Shown here in pieces: positions 29,501-41,500 of a stretch of 64,000 nucleotides of DNA. A program made the position numbers and the translations under genes. This DNA is from Phoronis australis. Its lineage: Eukaryota; Animalia; Phoronida. The notes below the pieces were generated by a model. It was not told the origin of the DNA. It saw only the letters and a list, made by a program, of their open reading frames with translations, and ran no database searches. The stretch covers positions 981,148 through 1,045,147 of the forward strand of contig NMRA01000079.1 in the NCBI GenBank assembly GCA_002633005.1. The letters run 5' to 3'. Each line of letters opens with the position of its first letter. Position 1 is the stretch's first letter.

Positions 29501-32500
29501 GCAGGCTATGGTTTCTAGACAAACACCTCCAAGGTAAAATTGTGGTTAAGTAGAAAGTGCTGTCGCGGTGGCTGTCTTGTAAAAACAGTGGTTAGTTTAT
29601 TTTTCAACCCTTGCAAAACACCTTGCTGTGTTGCAAACCAGGGGTTGTCTCTACTGTACATACATGTACACGTATACTACTAGCTGAGGATGGTGCCCAT
29701 AGGCAGGATATGGTACCTAGACAAACACCTCCAAGGTAAAATTGTGGTTAAGTGGAAAACGCTGTCGCGGTGGTTGTCGTGTAAAAACGGTGGTTAGCTT
29801 ATTTTCAAAGCCCTTACTAAACACCTTTCTTGTAAACCAAGTGTTGTCTCTACATACGTGTATACTATCAGCTAAGGATGGTCCCCAAGTAATCGTCTTT
29901 TGTGGGCAAACTATGCTGCAGTGATCTGATTGATCACAGAGATCACTAAATCTAAATGGTTGTGTACAAAATATGATATACACTGCCGTTGAATTTAAGA
30001 ATATCGTCATTATTTCATTATTTATTATTTATTATTTCAATAAATGATATATGTATGGTTAAGTGAATGGGCATCCAGACGTCTCGTTACAATGAATAAA
30101 GCCTAAAACTCGCAACCTGTGGGGTACTAATACACGTTGGGTGTCAAACGCATAAAACCAATGCGCGTAAGCAAAAGATACTGTCGATTCTGGTTTTAAC
30201 AACTCGTGGGGCCAACTGGAAAACTTTCTACCATGACTGCAGTCTTTTATAGTATTTACACCGGTGCGACGCAAGAAACGTAAATCTTTCAGTTGAAAAG
30301 CAGACCCCAAATGGCTTGAAGCGGAGACTACGCCTTGCGATCTTCATTACAAAAGCATTCGCACATACTTGGAAGACTAAAGCTATGACTCGCCAAGCAG
30401 GACTTCAAGGTTACTTACGAACAATTTTTCTGGATAAGGTACGATTCCTGTAGAACCTCATCAACTAGTAACTTAGTGAAACTATTTGCTCGATCGCTCC
30501 ACGAATGTCAAATTGCCATAATTCTCTTTCGTAAACAGTAGAATTGAAATTAATCATTTCCAAATTTCACTAAAATTTAGTCTCATCAGTGTTTTGCCTA
30601 CAAAGCTTTGAAGTACCTGGACGTGAGAGGAATTGTCAGTTCGTTTTGGCTTGAGTCCTTTTACTTGGCATGGGATAAGTGATATGCCGGTTGAGTCAAA
30701 GGCTGCATTTGATTGGCGTCACCGATTCCGCCGTTTCAAGCGGCAACGAAATCCGATTGGTTTAAAAACCGAAAGTCGCCATCAAGATTCATACATTTCT
30801 CAAACCTGTTAACATGGCAAAATCTGCAAAGTCAATTAAATAGTTCACAGCATCCATTTTCTTAGTTTTTGACATTTCAGTTAGCTAATATGAAATGAGT
30901 ATCATATAATCCAATTAAATAATCACCATTTATGCCAAATAGTCGCGCTTTTTTCATTTTCAATTTTCCGCAAAATAATCTAATGTGTGGAAGACGTTTG
31001 GTCTATTGACAATCAATTGCAATGGCCAAACACTGTAGATAAGAAGACGATATTGAGCGAGAACTGGACAATTATTTTGCAGACAGTGAGGGGAGAAGAT
31101 TCGGGCATCACACATAAGTAAGCCTACTTGAAGAATCAGACAATGAATTCGATTTCCTATTTAGCGAACTTTCATCGGCTTTGAGGGCATATGAACCCGA
31201 CCCTCTTACACCAGAAATGTGGCAGACATAAAATGTATGTGAGCCTCAACCAACTGAACAAGTGTACTGGTCAATATTCACAAAATTCAAACTTTCTCAC
31301 AAATTCCACAGTAGGCATGGGTCACTCGTTTTTACTTCTATGATGGAATGAGCACGGTTCAAACACAATGCCTAAACCTACGTGTCGTAGCCCTAGATCT
31401 TGGCCGGTGTCGAAGGCATAGCATTACTCACCTTAGAATGTAAGCAGCTTGTTCCTTATCTGCAAATATGCTTACAATATTGCGAGTCCCTCATCTTAAC
31501 GTCGTTTTTGTGTTTGGTTGAAACACGATTCCTTGAAATGTGCCGAACAAAGTGTGTTTTCCGACTGAATGGCATGTTCCACACTGACCTTCCACACTCT
31601 CGTACGGCGCACAAACCAATGACATTTCTGTGCAACTTTCACGTATTTAGGAAATTTGACCACAGAGACGTTCTTAGTCATATTGGTATTACTACAGTCT
31701 CCACAAACGCACCTTTTCATATCTGAAAAAGGCGGCTCTCTGCGGACTTTCCTCAATTATCGCAAAGGTAAAAACAAGAACGGCGGAGACGGTCTTTCAC
31801 ATATTATTTACAATCCTGATATCAGAAAAAAATCTTTTTTAAAATGCTGACTAGTTTCTTAGCAACAGGTACACTAAAGGCTATTGAATCTCTTAAGATG
31901 CATTTATTAGATACAGGGTCATTTAAGTGAACAATGTGTGTTTGCATTTGATAACGTTTTACCTAAGTTATGACTGAGGGACAGCAGAGATACACATTTT
32001 GTCACTTCCACAGACTTTTATTGTATGGAAACTGTTCACGTTACTTGGTTGGATTTTAGGAGCTGTGGTCTCATGTTTCAGTTAAACAAGCTATTTGATG
32101 ACGATCAATTTGGAAACGACGTTGGTATCAGACTGGATTTCCCTTTCATCTACACGATGTCGGATAAGGACGAGGTATGGTGGTTAATCTGCTTAGAGCT
32201 AGGAATAATTCCTTACCAGCATACACGTGCGTCTGTGCACCCATGAGGTGCAGTAAATGCACTAACTGATTTTGCACAGGCTTTCAAGGGCACTGAAGTG
32301 CCCGTGACATACTGTAGCTTGCACGCCCCAAAATGGTGTACAATGAAGTCTAACCCGGCTCGATTACATTATTGTGAAATCATCCTGATCTCATCAAAAA
32401 CGTACAGTCGTGTAAAAATGCATTGTACACATTTTAAAAGCTCTGTCATAATGTTTATTTAAGAAAGTGGTCCATTTTTAGCTTTAGTGTCATAATTTTA

Positions 32501-35500
32501 AATTTAATCGAAAATAAGGAAGTATTTGTAATTCAATCCGTGCGAGCAGACATCTACATGTTCGTGTAGATCGGAAGTTGTTCATTGCTGTTCCAGAACG
32601 AAGTGCTAGAGATGGCGCGGCGTATGAAGACGAGAGCTCCGAATGCAACTGCTTTGTCTTTTCTTCAGTGGGCGGTGAGGAGAGCTGATTACCAAGCCAG
32701 CAAATCACATTTGCCGGTCCTCATTGTAGACGGGTATAAACTCACATCTGAGCTCACCTCTTAGTGTGTTCATTGTTGTAGACTATTTTTGTGATCGATA
32801 ATACAGGAATTTTCAAAACAGTTCACCATTTTAGAAAAGCGACTAAGATAGACGAATATCGCCTACAGGGCGACTTTGAAACCTTCTTCAGAGATAGGAA
32901 CGAGTTCTAAACTTTCGCACTGATATAACAATCAAGTAAACTACTGGGCTTACGTCTGGTAATCAAGTCATTAATTTATGTCCAAAGTGAAAAGTGAAAC
33001 AGTCCTTCACACATTCCAGCCAATGCAATTGATTCTTCCAGTTCGACTGTCTGATTTGACATTTGAAAGAACGACTGGCATTGAAGTAAAGGCTCCTAGC
33101 ATGATATGTCCAGAGTGCATAATAATTTTCTTAAATTCTGATGCAACATCAGTGGTTTGGAAACTTTATGTTTTGTGCTTGCAACTGCAGTAACTTTAAC
33201 ATTTTGCAAAAGTTCAGTAACTGAAGTGGAACCGACTTTGTGGTTGCAAACGTAATTTCTAAGTATGATCCGTGATGGACCTCATTCCGAAAGATCAAGT
33301 GTACCAAACCCTCCCGAGCAAACTCCACGCCAGCCTCACTAAGTTTAGGCACGCGGCAACAATACTACATGTACATGTATGTAACCGCCAATCAAATTTC
33401 TCTCCGTGCCCTTGGATTCGATTCCAAAACGCCCATTGTCAAAATAGACAAACTGGATCAATAATCCGTGTAATGACAAAATTTTTCTCCTCTTCAGCGA
33501 AACGGAGTTTCGTTACTCCGCATACAAAACTGGGCTTTATGTGCACGCAGGAGACATCTGCAACCAGCGCGTTGCTTTGGTGGAGGAAGGTCGCCTACTA
33601 GACAGAAAAGGTGATCCCATATCAGACGTGCAGATGGCGCATGACATAGGGAGGACGTAAGTAACCTATTCTTCCAAAACATAGTTTAACAGCAGATTTG
33701 ACTGTGCAGTCTGAGCATAGCATGCCTCAAGAAATGTCGTCTTAGTGTAAATCCGTCGTACTTTAAAATTACGGATTGAATTACACGTAGATCGCTTCTT
33801 TCAGGAATTTTGTACCACTAGTCTAAACTTGTTCACTTCTCAGATTACATGTGCTCACGGAGTTCGGAAAGGAGTGGCATATTATTTGAGCATAGGTGAT
33901 TGCCACGTCATTCAATTTGAGTATTCATTCAATACCTTTCCAAGTTGGGAGTCAAGTATCCAGGGCCCGGTCTCCAATCTTTTTACTCGAAATGGAACTC
34001 GAAATTAGGTTTGGCTTTTTCTACTCTACTTTTGGGCAAACTCAAGATACATGTAAGTGTCTACTATTCTATGCCCGAGTACACAATAACTTACGTAGAT
34101 AATTTATTGCCCTTAGTTCACAGTTTGTAAACCCAATATTAAAGCAATAATTTCGAGTTTGAACTCGAAATTTCGAGTTTTTACTCGAGTTTGTAGTACG
34201 AATATGAGGGTCTTCAAGGGCAAACTTGAACTTTAAACTCCTATGCATAAACTATAATGTATTCGAGCACAGTCTGATAACCAGTTATCTTACGTTCGCA
34301 CAAAAGGAGCCGAGAAATTGCCAAAATAGTTTCGAGTTCGTTTCGAGTACAAAGATTGAAGACCGGGCCCTGGTTAAAGGCCTATGGTCCGAGTTATAGA
34401 CAAAAAACGTTTAACGCCATTTTAGCCGAGTTTTTTGGTATGACGTAAAGTTCGTATAGATTATTGCCTGGCGAAGTCGTTATCCCCCGTTATCTAGAGC
34501 CCCAGAGGATTTTGGAAAATTATCGCCCAAGGGTGATAATTCTCCAAAATCCATGAGGGCTCTGGATAAGGGGGACAACGACTGGGAACATGTAATAATC
34601 TATTTATACCACATACTGAACGAGAAACATTGCAATGAATCGGTCTACCTTTCTCGACTCGCCTCGGCTTTGTAACTACTTTCTATGTCAGAGGCCCGGG
34701 GTTAGAGGTCGTGACATTTTAAGAAAAACCTAGCTGTTTTTGTCAAATAATGCTTATACTCAAAACCAATTGAAAATTTAAACAAAATAGAAATAAAGTG
34801 AATCTAAAAATTAAGTAAGTGACTATAATGCTCAAGTCAAAGGATCCCGACGACACAATACCCGCATTCAAATTGGAGATCGGCGATTTACAAGTGAGCG
34901 AACACAGAATTAAAGTATCGTTTTTATGGAAATTATGCGTCTTATTTTTCATAGCGTATAAATGTCGGTGCAATGCCCTTTGCTGAACACGCGATTGTTG
35001 CGCGTGCTTATTTAAGTATTCTATTTTCACGTTCGATGACGTCAGCCGCTAAATGGTGTAGTGGTAAGGCACAGGCGCTTGGGTTTATCGCAAATGACGT
35101 CACTCAATAATATATATAAGAAAACATAAAGGTTGGACACTTAAACTTTGCCAAGCCGAGGCTCCCAACTTCAACCGTCCAAAATCCAAATAAAATCTTC
35201 GTGCACCTCCCTCAGTCTGGAAGCCTTATCTTTCCTAGATCTCATTAACTGTCTTCGTGAATGGTGAATTGGCGATGGAATTTCCAAAACAATCTTAAAA
35301 CTCTGAATTCAACGACCTGAAATAGTAAACATGGCGGACTTCAGTTGTGCTTCAACTGGTACGCCTGTCGTACCCGTAGGTGAAACTTCGAGTTTGAGCA
35401 AGCAACCTATATTTCAAGTTCAATAATTCTAATCCAAAACTCAACTAATTGAGAATGTTAAAGTTAATATTTTAATGATTAATATTTGTAACTTTATTCC

Positions 35501-38500
35501 ACTGACGGCTCATTTTAGCCTTTAACTTAGAATTTCATTACATAAACTGGCGTATCTTGTTTCTCATCTTGACATCAGGCACTTTTTTGATTGAAGCACA
35601 ACACACGGAAACGCAGTCCGTGCAAGTATTACAATGCGCGTGGCCGACGAGTTAACTCAATGCTTTTGGCCAAAAGTAAAACCTTCATAAGAAATCACTG
35701 TACACAAAAAACTTCGCATATCAATACAGTATCAGGATAATTTATATTTCACACAAATATGTGAGTAATTACATTTATTTGGCAATAAAGTGCTCTCTGC
35801 TTCTCATGATCAAGTAGTCGATGGATTGACGGCGAAAGCCGCGCGAAATTAGACTTTCGGATTTACCTCGGGAGCGTCCGTCAAAACCCGGATGTGCGAA
35901 GACCGTCTGCCATGTCATCACGGAATTAGGTCCTTGAATTTGTGATTTTGGCATTCTTTTGGCATTTGTGTCGCCAAATCACCACTCGAAGGCAATTTGA
36001 AGAGATCAAATGAAAAAAGGTATTCTAAGAGTTGTTCGATGCTAGTTTCGTGGAGTTCCATGCACATTTGAGTAGAAAATTTTTAGGAAACAGATTTCGA
36101 GTGTCCAACCTTTATGTTTTCTTATATATATATTATTGAGTGACGTCATTTGCGATAAACCCAAGAGCCTGTGTGGTAAAGTCGGCGACTGGAAACTATG
36201 AGGCCCGGGTTTGAATCCGGCCTCGGTTTCCCGCCAAAATGTTTTTTCACTAGTAAGATAACTTCATGGGCTACACGGTTGTAACAGCCATTCGAGGATA
36301 ATGTGGTATAAAAAAGTTATTAACTTTGAATACGTGCACAACATTTGCAAAAGTCGTTTTTAATGTAACCAAGAACTGAGATGTTTACTAGGAATAAAAA
36401 GGATAGTCATTAAAATACAAAATATATTACAATAACGCAACGCATGCGCAGCCACAGGGATCAATAGAGATACAAAATGCGGTGAAGGTGTACTGCCGAA
36501 GGCAAAACGCGGGCGTATTGTTCTACGAGATTCTGAAAAAGACGAGTTAGTCAGTAGAAAAAGCGGCACTACCGACAAACCGTGTACAAAAGCGAGTCGT
36601 TCGAAAGGTGTGAAACAATGAGGACAAGATTGAATCTTCGAACTCGTGAAAATATTGAAAGTCAAGTGGACAAGTAAGTGTGCTGTTTGTAAAATGTTCA
36701 GTGACTCGTACATGTATGTACGCTTCGAGCATTCACTGGGTAACTGATCTCAGTCGACATACATCATACCAGATTTACATTGTATTAAGTCAGTATGAAA
36801 GGGCATTTGTATTGGGATTACCCTGGGGAGGGGTGGGGGGAGTTTGTAGGCCGTGTAAGGGAGGTGTTGCCCACTCTCCCTCACATAGCTTTACTAGAAA
36901 GCTCGTCATGTCCCTGTTGGTCGTAGTGAGTACACTGGGTGGAGAGTTTTGGTCGACATGGCCATCTAAAAGTAATTAGTTCTGCTTTATGTTGAGCACT
37001 TACACATGCCCGTGTAAGTGTAGTTTGATATCTCTTATTCCATTAAATTTTAAAAGAAGGAACAAATGTGACAAACTGGAGCTTATTATAGATAGCCAGT
37101 TTAAAAAGTTTCTGTGCGTTTCCATCTTAGACTTTGCAAGTAAGGAGAATTTTTTTATTTACAACCGGCATGGTCCAAGCACATTACGTGAACCCACAAC
37201 CTCAGAAAACGAGACAATCAAGTCTCACGATTGGAGTAAAAATCTGTAAGTTTTCTCATGTCATGGAATTACTCAATTTTCCAGTTTTTAATAGAATGCA
37301 GATTAGGCAATGTGCTCTAATTTAAGCCTTATTGTTTGCCAATATTAATATTACTTTATCAGTCTTTTATGTTGCTGTCAGGTTAGAATGATCGTGTCTC
37401 AGCTATAAATTTTACCTACTGGTAAGTCAAAGTTGTTTTAAACATTAAGGTATGACATGTTTACTTAAAGTGCATTCTTTAATCTTGGGATTTCTCCTGG
37501 TAAAATGAGACAAATTTTAGTATTTAAACCCTTCTTCGTCACATGCACAATCAGGTTGAGTGCTTTAAACGAGCCGCCCATACAAACTTTCTTTAAAGGA
37601 GTCCCAGACTGGTTATAGAAGCCGATCGCCTAACGAAACCTTGATGTTTTGTTCCATTTTAGTGCCTTAATATCTCATGGGGGGATATTTCACATTTATT
37701 CAGCTCACAACTCTCAATCCTAACCAAATGTATCAACGTGTTTCGTTTAAAGCATTTAAACGTACCTTGTTTAAAGCAATTTGTATTGAGGGAATAATCC
37801 ATGACCCCAATATTTCAGGGTTTACGTGATTCCGACAACTCATTGCCCCACCACTATGCACCAGCAACCTCCTCCCACTCAGCGATTTTTACAAAAAAAT
37901 ACATATATCAAGGCGTTTACATATGAGTTTTCAAAATGACCTCCTTGTGGCGGGCTTGTTTACCAAAAAACTGGTTGGACCTAGATGTCTACGTCTAAAC
38001 AGCCAAACAGCTTACCAAACAAATATTCGAGATATTTTTGAAAGATGAGTGCACTTCGAAGATGATTTGTGGTTTATATTTTGGCAACAGGCGTCACTGC
38101 TGTTCCATATTAAAACAGAACAATGTACATTAAAATGTATGAAACAGTATTTAGTTTTAGTTGTTTATGATAGATTTGTGTAATCCCTTCATCAATCATA
38201 TCTGCGTTATGTTTNAATGAATAAAGCCTAAAACTCGCAACCTGTGGGGTACTAAAACACGTTGGGTGTCAAACGCATAAAACCAATGGGCGTAAGCAAA
38301 AGATACTATCGATTCTGGTTTTAACAACTCGTGGGATCAACTGGAAAACTTTCTGCCATGACTGCAGTCTTTTATAGTATTTACACCGGTGCGACGCAAG
38401 AAACGTAAATCTTTCAGTTGAAAAGCAGACCCCAAATGGCTTGAAGCGGAGACTACGCCTTGCGATCTTCATTACAAAAGCATTCGCACATACTTGGAAG

Positions 38501-41500
38501 ACTAAAACTATGACTCGCCAAGCAGGGCTTCAAGGTTACTTACGGACAATTTTTCTGGATAAGGTACGATTCCTGTAGAACCTCATCAACTTGTAACTTA
38601 GTGAAACTATTTGCTCGATCGCTCCACGAATGTCAAATTGCCATACATGTAACTCTCTTTCGTTAACAGTATAATTGAAATTAATCATTTCCAAATTTCC
38701 CTAAAATTTAGTCTCATCAGTGTTTTGCCTACTAAGCTTTGAAGTAGCTGGACGTGAGAAGAATTGTTAGTTCGTTTTTTTTTTGAGTCCTTTTACTTGG
38801 CATCGGAGAAGTGATGTGCCGGTTGAGTCAAAGGTTGCATTTGATTGGCGTCACCGATTCCGCCGTTTCAAGCGGCAGCGAAATCCGATTAGTTTAAAAA
38901 CCGGAAGCCGCCATCAAGATTCATACATTTCTCAAACCTGTTATCATGGCAAAATCTGCAAAGTCAATTAAATAGTTCCCAGCATCCATTTTCTTAGTTT
39001 TTGACGTTTCAGTTAGCTAATATGAAATGAGTACCATATATTCTAATTAAATAATCACCATTGATGCCAAATAGTCGCGCTTTTTTCATTTTCAATTTTC
39101 CTCCAAGTAATCTAAGGTGTGGAAGACGTTTGGTCTACAGGTGTATTTACAATCAATTGCAATGGCCAAACACTGTAGATAAGAAGACGATATTGAGCGA
39201 GAACTGGACAATTATTGTGCAGACAGTGAGGGGAGAAGATACTGTACGGGCATCACACATACGTAGGCTTACTTGAAGAATCAGACAATGAATTCGATTT
39301 CCCATTTAGCGAACTTTCATCGGCGTTGAGGGCATACATGTATGAACCCGACCCTCTTACACCAGAAATGTGGCAGACATACAATGTATGTGAGCCTCAA
39401 CCAACTGAACAAGTGTACTGGTCAATATTCCCAAAATACGCACTTTCTCACAAATTCCACAGTAGGCATGGGTCACTCGTTTTTACTTCTATGATGGAAT
39501 GAGCACGGTTCAAACACAATGCATAAACTTACGTGTCGTAGCACTAGTGTCCAAGGCATAGCATTACTCGCCTTAGAATGTAAGTAGTTTGTTCCTTATC
39601 TGCAAATACGCTTACAATATTGCGAGTCCCTCATTTTAACGTTTTTTTCTGTGTTTGGTTGAAACACGATTCCTTGAAGTGTGCTGAACAGTGTGTTTTC
39701 CGACTGAATCGCATGTTCCACACTGACCTTCCACACTCTCGTGCGGCGCACAAACCAATGCCATTTCTGTGAAACTTTTACGTACAGTATTTAGGACATT
39801 TGACCACAGAGATGTTCTTAGTCATATTGGTGTTACTACAGCCTCATCAAACGCACCTTTTCATATCTGAAAAAGGTGGCTCTCCGCGGACTTTCCTCAA
39901 TTATCGCAAAGGTAAAAACAAGAACGGCGGAGACGGTCTTTCACATATTATTTACAATCCTGATATCAGGAAAAAATCTTTTTTAAAATGTTGACTAGTT
40001 TCTCAGCAACAGGTACACTAAAGGCTATTGAATCTCTTAAGATGTATTTATTAAGTTCTTTTTGAGATACAGGGTCATGGCGGGAACTGTTTAAGTGAAC
40101 AATGTATGTTTGCATTTGATAAAGTTTTACCTAAGTTATGACTGAGGGACAGCAGGGATACACATTTTGTCACTTCCACAGACTTATATGGTGTGGAAAC
40201 TGTTTACGTTACTTGGTTGGATTTTAGGAGCTGTGGTCTTATGTTTCAGTTAAACAAGCTATTTGATGACGATCAATTTGGAAACGACGTTGGTATCAGA
40301 CTGGATTTCCCTTTCATCTACACGATGTCGGATAAGGACGAGGTATGGTGGTTAATCTGCTTAGAGCTAGGAATAATTCCTTATCAGCATACACGTGCGT
40401 TTGTGCACCCATGAGGTGCTGTAAATACACTAATTGATTTTGCATAGGCTTTCAAGGGCACTGAAGTGCCCGTGACGTACTGTAGCTTGCACGCCCCAAA
40501 ATGGTATACAATGAAGTCTAACCCGGCTCGATTACATTATTGTGAAATCATCCTGATCTCATCAAAAACGTACAGTCGTGTAAAAATGCATTGTACACAT
40601 TTTAACAGCTCTGCCATAATGTTTATTTAAGAAAGTGGTCCATTTTTAGCTTTAGTGTCATAAGTTTAAATTTGATCGAAAATAAGGAAGTATTTGTAAT
40701 TCAATCCGTGCGAGCAGACATCTACATGTACATGTACGTGTAGATCTGAAGTTGTTCATTGCTGTTCCAGAACGAAGTGCTAGAGATGGCGCGCCGTATG
40801 AAGACGAGAGCTCCGAATGCAACTGCCTTGTCTTTTCTTCAGTGGGCGGTGAGGAGAGCTGATTACCAAGCCAGCAAATCACATTTGCCGGTCCTCATTG
40901 TAGACGGGTATAAACTCACATCTGAGCTCACCTCTTAGTGTGTTCATTGTTGTAGACTACTTTTGTGATCGATAATACAGGGATTTTCAAAATAGTTCAC
41001 CATTTTAGAAAAGCGACTAAGATAGACGAATGTCGCCTACAGGGCGACTTTGAAACCTTCTTCAGAGATAGGAATGAGTTCTAAACCTTCGCGCTGATAT
41101 ACCAATCAAGAAAACTACTGGGCTTACATGTACGTCAGGTAATCAAGTCATTAATTTATGTCCAAAGTGAAAAGTGAAAAAGTCCTTCACACATTCCAGC
41201 CAATGTAATTGATTCTTCCAGTTCGACTGTCTGATTTGACATTGGAAACAACAGCTGGCATTGAAGTAAAGGCTCCTAGCATGATATATCCAGAGTGCAT
41301 TAATTTTCTTAAATTCTGCTTAGGCACGCGGCAACAATACTATGTAACCGCCAATCAAATTTCTCTCCGTGCCCTTGGATTTGATTCCAAAACGCCCATT
41401 GTCAAAATAAACAAACTGGATCAATAATCCGTGTAATGACAAATTTTTCTCCTCTTCAGCGAAACGGAGTTTCGTTACTCCGCATACAAAACTGGGCTTT

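Noticed and set aside
31496-31756. Host THAP-domain gene
   Set aside because: Truncated, conserved Trp mutated, other copies frameshifted; a TE relic in an intron.
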